Shown here in pieces: positions 1-15,284 of a DNA stretch of 58,269 nucleotides; within the stretch, counting starts at the first letter, position 1, and each line of letters begins with the position of its first letter. The notes under the pieces are model-generated. The model was not told the DNA's origin and did not search any database. It worked only from the letters and a program-made list of their open reading frames with translations. The stretch is taken from assembly GCA_000165425.1 (NCBI GenBank), contig CT868654.1:310001-368269 (forward strand), written 5' to 3'. This stretch comes from Paramecium tetraurelia. Lineage: Eukaryota. A program made the position numbers and the translations under genes.

Positions 1-1458
1 TCTTATACAGTTTATTTTAGATCTACTACTACGACTACTTTCGTTGTTTCAGTGCACTTTCCACAGAGTTTATCATCTTTGAAAGTACCATCGATTCTAC
101 CTATCAATTAAAAATACTATAGTTGGTCCGAAACTTTGAGTGTTCCTTATCCATTTTTCTTTCCATTCCTAAACTATCCATAATATATGGTTTTATTCAC
201 AAAATTTTCTAAGATGCCCTCTCCATCCCTTTGATTATCTTTATATTCGCCCTCATATCAATTATATTCAATTTTCTTACTTCTCTTCAGCATTCTTAAA
301 AGTTGCTTTCCCATTGAGCTTTCCATCCTTGAATGTGCCTTCAACTCTATTGATAATTTAATAATTATATACTATCCATATTCCTCACTAATTAAGCACC
401 CTTGTCCTTCATACTTCCCATTTTTCCAATAGCCATAATACCTATTTATTATTATGAATTAATACGAATCTTTATTCTTTTTATTTGTTATTCCATATCC
501 TTCCTACAATTCATTTTTGAAGCTCCCATCGTATCTGAATAACGATAATCTTATACCTCTCTATATTAGCCAAAATCATGATTCCACTCGAATCAATAAT
601 ATATTCAAATTGATTTTGACCTTAATAGAAATGTCCCTAAAACAGTTGATTCTGAGCTAGCTTGATCTTAATTCCATAAGTAAAATGACCTTCAATAAAT
701 GCTCCATAATAGATGATATTTTAATTTTGCAATTCTAATACTCCAATTCCCTATATCTAGTTATTGCAAAATTAACCGGAGTAGTAGGCTTCTTTATCCA
801 ATTTATAGTTTATAGAATATGTGAGATCAGGATGTTCATAGACATTATATTCTAGTGGGATTTTAAGGTTTTAGATTTACTATCTAAATTCAATTGGCAT
901 GTTATATTTATAATTCAAACCATCTAGTATTTGTTGACATCCCTAATCAAAAACATCATTGATATTTTTCTTAATATCTTTTTTAATTATCTCTAGCCTC
1001 TCAATTGTAAATGTTGCCTAAACATCAAATTTGTCATAAAGAGCTTTTTTTTAATCCAATACAATAAGGAGGTATTTAGAGTTTTCATTACTCACAGAGT
1101 CCAAATTATCTGGTGAAAAATCATTCACAAAAGCTAGAAAATCAAACAATTCCTTATATTGAAGTTCAAAGGATTATTTTAAAAGACTTATATTTTGAAT
1201 GAAAATGTTATTTGTTTATTCTATAGCTTAATCAAATAGACTTTTTTTATTTTAAATTTCTTAGAGACAATTACTATTTTTGATTTCTTGAATTGCTTAG
1301 TTTAAAATTTTCTAGATCTAAACAATAGGCTTAAAGTTATATTGGACTTTATTTTACTCAAAACACTTGGAGCAACCCCATAAAATTTCTTTAGCTTGTA
1401 TGCAAACGAATTCAATTTATCTTTGGTTATGACCAAAGCTTAAGCATTTCTAATTCAT
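1..1458 (-). CDS. MORN-repeat protein with N-terminal Cys/His motif (3' end runs off the window)
   Basis: Code-6 translation starts MNQKCLSFGHNQRQIEFVCIQAKEILWGCSKCF. The C-terminal exons have MORN-type motifs (GYFWKNGKYEGQG-like, GTFKDGKLNG, GTFKDDKLCG) separated by several short GT-AG introns. Confidence 0.75.
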
Positions 1459-2177
1459 TTAATTTATATAATATTTATAGATAATGTATATGATTATTTT
1501 AAAATTTCCTTTGATTAGTTTGATGAAAATTGTTGTTAACTTTCAAAGGATTAAGACATGAAAATAATTATTTATTATTAATCTAAATGGAAAGAAAAAT
1601 TACTACTTTTGATCTAACCATTTAAAAGAAAAAAGAGTTATAAGTAAGACTCAACAATAAAAATAACATTATAAAACTTCAAAATTATTTAGATTAAATG
1701 AGTGGGCTGTGGAAATTTATTTATAATATTTAGAAAGGCATCAATTTCTACCTATCTAATGAAAAACCTATATATGGAATACATTATTCCCATATAAATA
1801 TTAGTTTCCAATATATTTATAATTTGTTTTGAGTTCGTTTATAATAAATTATGACAATGATATTTTAAAATGTTGTAAATGGTTAAAAGTCTTAAGATTC
1901 TGAAATTTCAATTTTTCAAAGAATATGTCCTTAACAAGTTGGATTGTTCTAGTTTATTATTTATATTGTATCTATCAATTTATCAATTATTCAATCCTTA
2001 ATGCCATCTTTAAATTATAATTACCTATAGTTGACAGTTTTATTGAACCAAGATTAATTTGATATTAAAAATAGAAGTAAAGTTGTTAGGTTGAAAAATA
2101 TTTTATTATTTAATTTAAAGGAGTTTAAATATAGAAAACAGATGGATCTATGAATATAATATTATAATTTGATAATC

Positions 2178-3517
2178 TCAAATATCTAAAAAGTCTACTT
2201 TTAATATATTTTTTTAGGAGGTACTTCTATTTCTTAAGGTTTAAGCAATAGTTACGCCATTGCTAGCTCTAGTTAAGGTCAGCTCTTTATAATTGGCTTA
2301 AGCTTAGTATTTAGCATAGATATTGATTGAATTGACTGATCCATGACAATAATGGTTTAAGTTATGGATCTGATTGGTTCCAGTGCAGCTATTACATTTA
2401 TTCAACTAACTATGAACCTTTTTATTGTTTGATGGACATTTATAAAAAACATGGATAGTTACTAATTAGATTGATTCATTAAGAACTATAGATTCTGAAC
2501 CAACAGTATTAAGTACTTTATTGATCTCTAAAATTTCCAACTAAAACGCTGGTTTTAAATCTACATATCTGTCAAATAGCTTGCTAACTCTCACAGTCAA
2601 ACATTCCATAGCCAAAAACTCTTAATTTAGAGTTGTTTGCAACCAAAATACTTTCATAATATTTGATGGATAAGCACCGCCCCCTTATTAATTAATAATA
2701 TTTCTTACATGTCGAGCAGTCATAATATATTGTAGTACTAGTTTTAGTAATGAAGTACTATAATCTGAAAGCATTAGTGCCAGAGTTTGTCAATTTTGTA
2801 AATGAAACCACAAAATAGTTATCTGAGATTAAGTTGTAAACTTGACTTGTGTATGAATTTGATGATGCAATTTCATCAATATAACTGATAACTTCATCAG
2901 TTCCTAATATTACCTGATAACCAAGATAGAGTAAATTACTGTTTTTAGCAATGTTCACTGTAACCTGTGTTGTTGTTAATTCTGAAATCTAGCATAATAT
3001 TCTATAATACACTCAGAGTTATATCAAGTGCCCCATTGATTCCATAAGAGTGAATGGACGCTATTGCTTTTTTAATATTAGGATTTTAAATTGAGTATTA
3101 TTTAGATGCGACAGGATTGATATTTATATCGTTGATAGCCTCATTGATCACTTCTAAACGATTATCATCTATCGCAAACCAACTCAATTTATAAGTATTA
3201 ACTTTTTTGGTTGGGCATGTAATTTTTATTTAAAAATCTATATAATTTAATAATCTCTAACTTGTTAAACTGACACTTAGAATCTCTAATTTTACTGTAA
3301 ACTGACTTGAGCTGAAGGATGCGAAGTCAAATATCGTTGGCACAAAAATTATTTTCGGAACATTTGCAAAGGAACCCGAAAAGGTTATTGTTTTGGATGT
3401 TGAGTACCCATTTTAACATACAAATCCTGATGTTGTGTACGAAAAATCAGCTACTTCTCCATAGGTCTTTGTGATTATTCCTTGGGTTATTGCCACCAAC
3501 AGAAATTCGAGCATCAT
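2178..3517 (-). CDS. Secreted/surface H-type lectin-domain protein (Paramecium expanded family)
   Basis: Signal-like start MMLEFLLVAITQG followed by KTITFSGSFANVPKIIF, resembling the H-lectin ITFxxxFxxxP motif. Cys-rich C-terminal part, short introns, TGA at 2178-2180. Confidence 0.6.
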
Positions 3518-4351
3518 TCTAAAAAATAAACTTAATTATTAAGAATTAGAAACAGAAAGTTCGATTAGTTAATACTTAAATGAATTTATAAATTAATAAG
3601 GATCCACCCAACGAATTATTATAGAAAAAATTTGATTTTATGTTCAATTAATGTAAACACCTTTGGAAAAATGAAATCAATTGAAGAAGAATTTGAAAAT
3701 TAGTGTCAAATATTTTTAGAGACCTAACTTTCAAATTGAATCATCTTTTATAGTATAATTTTATAATAATAATAATGTTCATAAAAACTAGCTGATTGGT
3801 TGATTGAATTCATTAATAATTAATATGAACATCAAATTATTTTATTCTAGAGCACTAAAATTAACTTGCTGAATAAATAAATTAGGAACCTTTAATGAGG
3901 CATTATATTTCTTTTACCAAATTTAGTTAAATATCGCTTGAATATACTTTAAATAATGTTTGAGAGTGTTAGATGAAACAAATTAGAAGATCTAATATTA
4001 TAATTTTAATAAATAAAATAATTACATAATGAATCTAAGTTTATTTTATAATTAAAGCCAAAATATAATATTTTAACTCGAAAAACATAATTATAGTGAA
4101 ATTAATTTTACTTTTATTTTCAGATTCAAGCTATAATCATTTTAAAACAAGACATATATTTAGATAATATTCAAGTTCGATTAATAAACTTTTAATATTC
4201 TAATAATTGTATACAACTTTTCTTTGAATTGAAAACTTAGATAGCGATAAACGATGCAGTATTTCAATAAATAAATGGGATTAAGAAATAAGAATTAGAG
4301 GATTAAATATTTTTAATTAATACAAGATTCACAATGCTTATACATAATTTT

Positions 4352-4915
4352 TCATTATTTTTTTCCTTTATTCCAGGTACCCTCTGTTTTAGTCCCTATT
4401 CGATCTATCAAAACGCCTTTTCCGTGTTATTTGCCCTTCTTCCAAGCCCCAATGTACTTGTTTCCATTAGGCCAAGTCAATTCTCCATCGCCATCCTTTT
4501 TGTCTGCTTTGAAACTGCCTTAAGATTAAATAATTAGGAACCTTAATAAACTCTCCCATCTGGATAAATCATTTCGCCTTATCCACTCATTTCACCATCT
4601 ATCCAGTTGCCTTTATAAATTTTTCCGTCAGTCCAAAAATATTCACCATAGCCATAAAATTTTTCATCTTTGAAATTGCCATCATAGTATTAGCCATCAT
4701 TCCATCTAAACAAACCTCTTCCATTTTTCTGTCCTTCCACAAATTATCCCTCAAATAGTGAACCATTGTCCCACTTGATTGTGCCTCTTCCATGCTTACA
4801 AGAATATTAAAATAGATACTGGCACATTGTTTTCCATATCCCCTGTATAGACTCCTCCATCTGGGTAATCATAAGTTTCCTTGACCACCTTATTACTTGA
4901 ACAGCAAGATCCCAT
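4352..4915 (-). CDS. Small MORN-repeat protein with MGSCC acylation motif
   Basis: MGSCCSSNKVVKETYDYPDGGVYTGDMENNVP|HGRGTIKWDNGSLFEGQFVEGQKNGRG..., about 6 MORN repeats, two short introns, ends AAA TAA TGA. Confidence 0.9.
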
Positions 4916-4965
4916 TTGTGATAAGCTATTATTTATATTGAATTTATTTATTAATGATAATAAGA

Positions 4966-6313
4966 TCATTCTAAACTATATTCGATAAGTTGATCCAATT
5001 TTAACCTCTATGTATTGAACACTCTGATGTCTTCCTAATCAGCTGCTTCCATCAAATAAGTGGCCAAGTATTTAAGTTCTTAATCACTCTAATCGTTGTG
5101 CCATTCTAAGATGGGAATACCATTTTCAATTTGGAATCCAAAGGAATGAGCCAGATTGTCAACAATCACCATGTCCTTCAATTGTTTATTGCCAACAATT
5201 CTCAAATCCTTAATAAAGAACCCATTCTTTGTCTCCATACAATTTCCACGAGAGAGAATTCCTAAAATCCATTGTCGTTTGGGATCCAAATAATTCACAA
5301 TAGCATTAGCATAGGCAGATGAGGAGGCAGTAAAGACATAGATGGTGTACAATTGACTCATTTATTGCAAGAACCAAGCACAAAATGGCCTAATATTGAA
5401 ATGAATCTAATTAATTGATAAATATTACTTTGGCTTCTTCACCATAATCTCCGAATGCAGTTACTGTGACTTGTGGACCTTCCCTTTGAGAACAACTGTG
5501 GATCAAGGTTTCATCCAAATCCAACAACAAAGTTTTTGGCTTCACAATAACGCATTCTGGCAATTATACCATTTTTGACTTAATAAACTTATCTGAAGGA
5601 CCCTTGAGACATTTCTTAGCATATACTAAACCTCGTTGAGTGAGTTATAAAAATTTGTTAAACGAATTTTCACCTATACTTGGACCATATATCAAATGTC
5701 GAAAGGGATGATTCTTCAATTTACCCTCCTGGTGTTATTTGTTTTTCATCTATTCAACATCGGAATTCACATCCAGTGGTTACTGTGTGTTAGAGTGTCT
5801 AGATGTAACTTCATAAATATGATGTACTTCATCTTGCTCTCCTTTGGTTTATCTGTTTTTGCATATTTTTACTGCATCTATTTTGCTTACTACTCTATAT
5901 CGTATTGATCCTCATTTTATTATTGCACATGTTGCATTTACTATTGGATGGTTGTTGGCTTGTCATCATCATCGTCATAATTGGGATCGTCGTTGTCTCC
6001 CTCAATCTTTTTTGCATTCACAAGATTACGAAATTTAGAGACTTTCTGATCTAACATTTTTCAACATTATTTTACTTGAGGGTCCTACTTTATTATTTCG
6101 AGGCGTCTCTTTGTCGGAATCATCAGTCTAGTACCCTGTAGCGTTTTTGCTGAATTGAGACATTTTACTAGGGGGTTTGCTAACTTTTTTCAGCTGTTTC
6201 TCCTCCTCCTCCTTTTTGCTGGTTTCCTCTTCAGAATAAAACTATTTGTCGTTATTCAAATTCTTCAGATGTCCCACTGAAGAGCTCGCCTTGAATTTGT
6301 ATATATTATCCAT
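4966..6313 (-). CDS. CTD small phosphatase-like protein (FCP1/SCP HAD family, NIF domain)
   Basis: LLLDLDETLIHSC (DxDxT motif), YVFTASSSAYA, IKDLRI, IVDNLAHSFGFQIENGIPI. Low-complexity N-terminus; one short intron near 5410-5428. Confidence 0.92.
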
Positions 6314-6932
6314 CCCTATGATTTAAGTAATTATTTTATTTAATTTATTAATCTTATATTATTTATATTTAATATATGAGTCAACTATTTATCCACTTTT
6401 CAAAATCAAAAATTATTATTATTTTACTGATAACATTTTTATTTATTAATCAATAAATATTTACACTTCTCACTTTCTATTCAAAATTAACTTAATTCCA
6501 CCATCAGCATCGAATCAAACCTATATTCACCACCCTTCCACCCCTCAAATTAATTGCAAGAAATACACCCACTAAATGCTTCTTAACATATTTTATTGTT
6601 TAACCTAATATTTCCATAATAAATATCACCAATTCAAATTAGTAATTATTGTAAATCAAATTGAGTAATGTAATTATATAGGTCTACCCTACAAAATAAT
6701 ACCTCTAAATATTCTTCTTCAATTAAATACAATTTGGAATATAATGAAATATCATTAAATTTTAATCATTTTTAATACGTTTATGAAAGTAATTAAAATA
6801 TGACTGTATCTTTTTTAATTGATTTTGAAAGTAAGAATCCTATCAAAAAGAAATTCAATGCATTTTCAGAGTTAGATAAAAAATGAATGTACATAAATCA
6901 TTATTCAAAAATTTACTCCAAACTTTGGCTGC

Positions 6933-7928
6933 TCAGCCATTATTTGTGTTAATTGAAATATTTGTTTGTTTATACTTATGGCCTTTTTCTATAGTTGCGC
7001 ACCAACAACAAATAATGCACCTCCAATCAAATTAGTGCCAAAAACAAAGTGTTCTGATAAACGCATATATGATAACAACTACCAGAATTGCTGGGCCTGA
7101 AAACACACCCAGAGCTCCAATGCAGAATCCATATCCAAAACAAATCACTTTTTTAGATCTTGGTGGATCTTTTTAAACTTTGCCACTCTTACAATAAAAA
7201 ACGCAGGATAATATAAATTCAAGACCTACCAAACTTTCGAGAACAATAACCTTCAAAGTGAATAGAGTTGAAAATGGAATGGTTTTCCAATAAAATATTA
7301 GCAAAATAATACCTCCCATTAAAGTAATTCCTGAACCTTAACCAACACATACATAACCACACCCTCCTGGAGAATCGTATTCCTTTGTATTATCAAATTT
7401 TTTCATACAAGAGAACAGTTTTGTGCATAGTTGAAACGATAATTGTACAATTTCAACTGCAGTAAAAAAAACAAGTCCAATTAGTAGTAGCTCAGCAATT
7501 CCAAAATAAAAATCTATGATATTCTCCCAATTATAAAGTAAGGATTTATCTTAATGGATTCTCCATAGACTAATTAAATTGACAACTATATTCATTATTC
7601 TATAAGCAACTATTCTATGAAATGTGTAAGAATATCCTCCATATATGTATTTTGATTCGACCAACACAATAAAAACTGCAAAAACATAGTACCCTTAGAT
7701 TAGTAGAGATGTAGATATTGGATCTAATTTGTTCAAATCTAAATAGTATATAATCTGCATAAGAAATAAGGCTATCTTTGCTATTTACCCTACCACAAAA
7801 TCATAGTCTATGAGCTATTATTGAGAGAGTTTCTCTTTTTTCTTGTCATCGAAAACAAATTAATATAACTGATGCAATAGAGACATTGCAAGTTCAAAAA
7901 TATCAAAAGTTTGAGTAGTTATTTTCAT
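6933..7928 (-). CDS. Multi-pass transmembrane hypothetical protein (5' end uncertain)
   Basis: Long TGA-free frame from about 7890 to 6933 with several hydrophobic segments and a Cys/Trp-rich tail (WRCIICCWCA). The upstream ATG at 7928 is out of frame unless an intron or indel intervenes. Confidence 0.6.
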
Positions 7929-9179
7929 TTTAAAGTATATAAAAAATTATTGGGCTATTCTATTGAGAAACAGAATTCATGTAATTATTTATTATTTTTG
8001 GAAAAAACTAACTTTAAAATAATAGATATAATCATTACACATTACATATATTTCATGAAAATAACTAATTGGTTTAATGCAAAAACAATAAACTAAAAAA
8101 TTAAGAAATCAAATTAATTAATTAGAAAGTTTATTGATTATTGAATTGATAACATATATTATAATTTTCTTTTATATAGGCCATTATTTAAGAATACAAT
8201 ATTTTATTGCTATATGTTTTAAATAAATTTATAAATCATTCTTTTTAACAACATTAGAAAAATTTATAACTGAATTATAAATTTTCTTTGCTCTGTAAAA
8301 AGCTAATTTGGTTTGTTACGTATTAAAAATAATTGAAATATTTAACTAAACTATATGTAGTTCCAATATTTATCCAAACATCAACAGAACTACTTGTAAA
8401 GTCAACTCCTAATTACCAACTAGGCTTGAGAAATAAATAAATAAATCAAAGTATTCCTGGACAAATGAAACAATACGAGTTTTGTGAAAAATTTTTTTGT
8501 ACATTTTATGAATATGTGTAAAAAATAATTTTTATCATAATCAGGTTCTTTACATAGCATCTTTGTTATCAAAGGTTTTGATTAGAGGTTTTTCAGTCCT
8601 TGCTCTAACCTATTTTTCATCTACAGCTTTATTAGTTATTTGACATTTAATAGTTTTTGATTACATTTAGGTTTAGATGATTAAGTTCTTCCATCTCATA
8701 CCTTTTAATATAAATACAAAACATTTTACAAGACTAAATTGAATTTAAAATATTCTATAATAAATTATATAATTTATCAATAAATTTTAGAATAATTAGG
8801 AATTTTAACGATAATAAATATAAAAATATATTTTATTATGTTAAATTTCAATTAATAAAATAGATTCTATTCTCAATTTTATAAATTAATGATTTAATTA
8901 TAAGATTTCGCTTTTGCAATAAGTTCGTTATAAACTATATATATTTGATTGCATCCAGTTTCATTTAAGAATATTTTAATTAGCATTTTAATAACAATTA
9001 AATCAAATAATATGTACTCTTTTTTTTGGTTGTATTATGAGATTTTAACCATTAAAAGGTTATATAAACGATCTTAATTAATAAAAAGTTAAGATATAAA
9101 ATTTATTAATTAAAAATCATCCAAGATATTTTCAAAATATAATTAATTATAAATAGTAATAAAAATAGATAAGACTTAA

Positions 9180-9602
9180 ATGGAACAAATAGATTCCATT
9201 CCAGGAAAGTTATTATGCGCAATCTATATGTTATCTAAAAGCTAATAATTGAGTATTAAGCAAAAAAGTCATTTGAAAGGTATTTATAGTGTTAATTTTA
9301 TTTTAGATCTTGTAATTTAATAAGATCAAAGAATGATTGATATCATCTAGGAATATCTCGAAAATAAAAACAACAAATAGTTATTTGGATAGCTATTACA
9401 AATATCTAATGAAGAATCATTTATATCTGATGATTGTGTCTCACAGACTAGTAATTATAAGTATCGTCGTCCTCCAATGATTATCTTACACAACAAAAAG
9501 TTTGAACTGAATTTTAGAAAGTTTAGTCAAGGGTACAAGGTGAGCTCAGAAAAGTCATTAAGTTATAACAAATAAAGACATTAGAATACATATGAGAGTT
9601 GA
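9180..9602 (+). CDS. Small hypothetical protein
   Basis: MEQIDSIPGKLLCAIYMLSKSQQLSIKQKSHLK|DLVIQQDQRMIDIIQEYLE... with one canonical gta...tag intron; TGA at 9600-9602. Confidence 0.75.
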
Positions 9603-9621
9603 AAATAATATTTAAATTGTA

Positions 9622-11428
9622 TCATTTTATCTATTTTCTGATGTCACTCAGCACAATTCCTTAGGTTGAGAGGAGGAATACTGAATTAATCTCCATGAGC
9701 TGATTAGGCTCTATGGTGTAATGAAGATTATTTAAATGTTTAAAATTCGCTTGAGAATTTATGAGTGTATAAGTTATATTAAACACTTCCATTTACATTT
9801 TGAGATTAATCAAATTTCCTTATCTAAAGTATCGAATTATTTAAAGGACTAATTCCGCTACTATTATTATTGTATTTCTTATTGTCTTGATAACTGGTAT
9901 CTTCTAACATGATAGATTAATGAAAAGTCCTTTCCTTCTTTAATTAATCTATAAGGTTCTTTGAAGTAAATGAATTTTAATTTTATTGAATAGGTGCTGA
10001 CTTTTTCATACTCTACACAGATTTTCGGATTACTATTTTATTTTTAATGGGATTCGAATTTAATTCATATTTATTACTTGTACTGTTGAAACAAGCACAA
10101 CTTTGATTGATATGGGGTTTGAGATAGATCCTGCAAAAATGATAATGCCACATATTTTATTAGAATTCTGGGTTCAAGCTGGTTAGTTCTTCGTACTTAT
10201 CTTTGATAACGTTAAAAAACTCATTTTCTAAATTAGTATTGCACTGACTACTTACCATCAACGTTGAATTAATGCATCTATCAATATTGTATAAATTCTT
10301 ACTTTTTAGATATGTATTGGTTATAATCAATTACTGATTATTGTATATATGAATTTCTCAGCTTGATCTTATCATAAAGACTTTCGAAATTAAGTTTAAA
10401 TTCATCAAAATTTTATTATTGTCGTTTAATAGTCTGGTAATCCAAAACACAAATGTTTTGATCATCCAAATCATCAAGATTCACATTATTAAATAAAGAA
10501 GCAAATTAATTTTTTTCAATAGTGCAATTATAATATTGTTAGTATTTCAACTTTAATTAATAGACTGGTGATTCTATCAATATTATCTCTTGATTAGCTA
10601 TTTTGGGTTATAAAACAAATCTTCTTTATTGTAATTTCAATTTCTCTTTGATAAATTGATAATCTTTCTTATCGCTATACCTGATAGGCTCTTCATTTTG
10701 AATTAAGCTATTGGTCATACTAATAACTGCTCCATCTTTTTTTCCATTTTATGTCGATGATCTCGTTTTTAAGTGCTCAATCAATGCGTCTGGTACAATT
10801 TTTTTAACAATCTTTTGCTTCTCAGGTGATAGTTCTTTGTTTACTAAATAAGCCAAATCATCAATATTATCTTTCAGAATTTTTCGTGAAGATGTTAACA
10901 ATGCTTTGATTAAATCAGTTATCAAATTGATCTATTATGGGATATTAATGATCATTTACATTTCCTTATTTGATGGCCTGTTTGTGCTATATTTTTAATT
11001 GGTATTCTTAATTCATTTGTTGAAAGAACCCTTGGTGTAAATTGTAGTATTACTCTAAAAATTGATTGAGACTATTAGGAGGGGAATAAGGAAATTCAAT
11101 AAAAGTTGCACTAATTAATTTCATGATATCATTGGTTTTAACAAATATATGACTAACTTTAGATATAAGCTCATACTTCATCTATTCTTCATTGTATTAT
11201 TTCGTATTCCTCATTATAGTGACTATCCAATTTTCTTTTTCTGTTCTATTTTTTTCTTCCTCTTTAAGTTTACGAATGATGGCATATATTGTTGATCTAT
11301 CAGATTAATTTATAGCATCTATATTGTTAATTCTAAATATTACTTTTAACTTTAAATTTGAGAATTGTTTCATTTACTTCATTTATCTTTGATTTTCTTT
11401 ACATTACAGCGCCTAATAATTCATCCAT
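9622..11428 (-). CDS. Hypothetical Gln/Asn-rich protein
   Basis: MDELLGAVMQRKSKINEVNETILKFKVK..., two clear short introns, ends GIVLSDIRKQIK-TGA. Confidence 0.7.
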
Positions 11429-11522
11429 AATTGTCTTGTAATTATAAATGCAATTATATAAATTTTATTAATTAAATATAATATAAAATAATAATTGTTG
11501 AATAATGTATTATTATAATTAT

Positions 11523-13083
11523 TCATTCGCCTCCTCGTTAAACAAAAAGGGTTTATATTTTCTCGATAAATCTTTATAAATATTATAGATTGGTCTTTTT
11601 GGACTTAATATTCTTAGTATCATAACCATTAATACTATTAACATTAATATATTAAAGAAATTTTTCTGGTGATGTTGCTATTACATTCTAGATATTATCA
11701 ACTAACTCTTTAATCTCTGGAACTTTATAAAGCATATAGATGTCTGTTTGATCAAAATCTATAATTTTTTTCATTAATTATTATTCTTTATGATATTGAA
11801 TTTCTTTAACTACGTACAATAAACCCTAAATTTGTTTTTTTTATTCTGGAATTTCTGATTTTTGAATTTGAATTTAAAGTTTTTCATCAACATTACTGAA
11901 GCGTTCAGTCTCTTAAAATTCTGTTTCTTGCATCTCTATCTCTTTGCATAATTTTCTAAAATTTTAAAGAAAACAAAAATTAGAAGATTTTTGAATTTCA
12001 CCTGGTTTTTTATTTCTCTTTTCAATAATCCATTTAGTATCGATTTAACTCAAATCTATCCTATCTCTTTGAAGTTTTATCTATAAGTTAAGGTTAAAAC
12101 TGATATCCCAATCTTTATCCATCTATTTAAACTGAGCTTTCAACTCATCAAATATAATAACTTATTTAAGAGGTTCCAGGGAAGTAGCAGAGTCACAAAT
12201 GAGATGAACCAATACATTAGGAGAGTATTTAGAAAAGCAATTCCATTTGGATGTTTTTTGTATGAATCTCTAGAATTTCTCTTCTGTTTTGCATTTTTAG
12301 AATTTTTATAATATTTTTGAAATTGTCAATGTTTATGCTTATATTATCCTGCGCGTTTCAACTTCATTAACAGATTAAATCTTATTTTTTTTTTCAGCTT
12401 TCTTTGCTTCCGGATTTTACAAAGAAGGCTATCTTTTAAATATACTTATTACATTCTAAATATCGTATTATTAAAAAGATATCTACCCACCCAATCCAGC
12501 CTTTTACTTCTATTTATTAGATATAAACAAGCTTTTAAAATTTTTACACCTGGACTTCCGATTCTTTTTAATACTTTTGGAGTAATTCCTTTTTACAGCC
12601 TATGACTAGTTTTAATCACATTCTTCATATTTTTGCGGGTCACTTTTCATATCTTAGAATTCTTTTTATTTTTTTTATTAAAACACCTTTTTTTGGCTTG
12701 ATGTCAAATTCACACTTTTTAAAGGAATTTCATTAACGTTTTCAGGTTTTATTCCACTCTCCTAATCATAGGATTATTCCTCTTGTTAGTCTTAGGATTC
12801 CGTTTCTTAAATCTATATTTGATCATTCTCATATTATCCATCATGCTGAAATGTAGATTGTTCAATAGAAGACTATAGGTTATATATATTTTACTTCCCC
12901 TCCATCCTTGGTAGTAATGTTTGCGTTCTTAAAATTATTTTAATGATATTCTTATTGACTTTCATTATCAGAATCATACATTTTCATCTAAGGAGGCTGA
13001 TAATCATGAGTGGTACTAAAATAATGCTTCTCTTCTTGATCCTCATTCTTCTAAAATAGAGCTGTGACTTAGTCCTCACTCAT
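11523..13083 (-). CDS. Hypothetical Lys/Gln-rich protein
   Basis: MSEDQVTALFQKNEDQEEKHYF..., 22-nt intron near 12875-12896, ends FVQRGGE-TGA. Confidence 0.7.
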
Positions 13084-13239
13084 TGAATAAAATAAATAAT
13101 GAATACCTGATTTTTTTTTATAAATTTTAGATATTTAAAATTTTTCTATATTTTATAAATAAAACAAGTGTTGTTAACAAAATTTATGAAATTATATTTA
13201 TTATTATTGATTCAAACACTAAATCTATACCCATTAAAA

Positions 13240-14478
13240 ATGAATCAACTTTCAGAATAATCTCTTATGTTAGGAAAATAAAGCTTATAGATTATCCAAA
13301 AATTTAGGATGAACATAAATTTTTGTTATTCCATTTAACACATATTCGATAAGATGCTTTTATATCTAAAAAAATAAGATAATTGAATCAAAAGTATTTG
13401 TTCAATATAAAACTAATAATAACAATAAGGCTATATTGATATTTTAAGTCACAGTTTATTTAATCTATTTTTTTTATAGAATGAAATAAAATAAAGTTTA
13501 AATAATAACGACAAACTTAGAACTATTCTTACCATAAATAATCAAATTCAGAAAAAAAGACTTCAATTCTACAGGAGATATAGATAAGGAGAAATCATGA
13601 AATAAATGAGGATCAGTATATATATAGGTTATATAAAATAAATTTAAAGACTACTCTTTTAAAAAATATGTTGGGAGCTTTAATATTGGAATAACAATAA
13701 GATTTGAATCTCCTCATAAATCATGGAGTTCAACAGAAAGACTCAGTTAAACAACTTGAAGTGAGTTATCATGAGGCTGAGATGTTCCTAAACGAGTATT
13801 GGAGGATATCTTTATACACTAAAGTGAAACTGAAATCAGTAGTGTATAATCTTGGAGAAACAGAGTAAGTCGTTAAATAATTTCCACTTAACTTTTCTTA
13901 CAATCTACTATTAATAATAAATTCAAACAATAAGTATTGTATATAAAAACTTTCTCAAATTATATTATAAAAATCTAAATTTCTAGAGTACCTGGTTATT
14001 TCCTTTTTAAGAGTTTCAAAATCCATAGTTGATAGCGATAGGGAAGAGCCTGCTAGTTTCTATGAGGGCATTAAAATTCTTAAATACAGAAACAGATGCA
14101 TAATTTTTTTTTTAGAATATATATAGCAATCATAAACAATCAGACGTTTGGCAACAAATTATTAAGATTTATCAAAGAGTCTCTCATAATTGATGATTAA
14201 ATGAAGATAATTTTATAATTTCATATTAATATTATTTGGAGAAAAGCGATTTACTCCACTTAATTTAGCAAGTAATTAGAGAACATGACTTCTACCTAAT
14301 ATTTTTACAGAGAACGATATCATTTAATAGGAAAGTCCTCAAATTACCTATTCCATATCCTTTTGATAGCAATTGATTAAGCATAATCATGAAATTTATT
14401 TAGAAAACTAATTAATTTATAATTATTATGGCATTTGTTGCTCCCATTTTATCCAAATCATAGATCAATATTAAGTGA
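13240..14478 (+). CDS. Hypothetical protein, exon structure unresolved (possibly degenerate)
   Basis: Coding-like stretch KTTLLKNMLGALILEQQQDLNLLINHGVQQKDSVKQLEVSYHEAEMFLNEYWRISLY at about 13650-13930. I could not join the flanking frames cleanly. Confidence 0.35.
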
Positions 14479-15284
14479 ATATCTTATAAAAGCTATATAT
14501 TCCAAATTAATTATATGTTCCAGATAAAAGCTGTTTACACTCCTAAGCATTCTAATTAAAATCAATCAATTTTGTTATTGCCAACAATTACATGATCTTT
14601 CGAGAAATGCCCAAATATTTAATGAATATCTTTTTGATGTCAATATCATTCTCAATCAATCAATAGAATGTATCCCCTCCTATAGAAATTAAGAACATGT
14701 CATATCTGATAGTCTAATAAATGAAGTCTTGAATTTTTTGTATCTGAATAACTCCTTACTATTAACTTCTGGCTTTTACTCTTCTCTCTGGCTCAACTGC
14801 CTATTTGTTACTGCCACTGCTGGTCTTTTATGATTCATCTTATTTTCCAACAAGCCATTAAATTTAATATTAGTAGCTCTTTTCTGTATTATTTTAATTT
14901 TAGTTCATTCATACTTTTGAATTATATTATTATGGACAATATTTAATAGAGAGAAACCCTAGGTTTGTTTTTGAGATTTACAAGTATCTGCCAAGTTAGA
15001 TGCGGAGTATTGTCTTCCAAAGATGATGTTTTGACAAAAGAAAATCATTAATGTCTTGGTAATTCTTCTATTCTATTGATAGAAAAATGCACAAACCATC
15101 TAATCGATTCCTTCAGGAAGGTGCAAGATGCTTATAAATGATTGCATTAATATATACATATATTCATATAAGAATCATAACTTATTTATTGTTGTTCCAA
15201 AATGTCATACAGATTTCTGGGAAGATAAATGTGAAATTCGCTTGTATTATATTATATATATATATATTATATCAATATATTATA

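Noticed and set aside
14500..15150. Coding-like minus-strand frames
   Set aside because: Interrupted by TGA with no consistent intron solution, so no gene can be supported.
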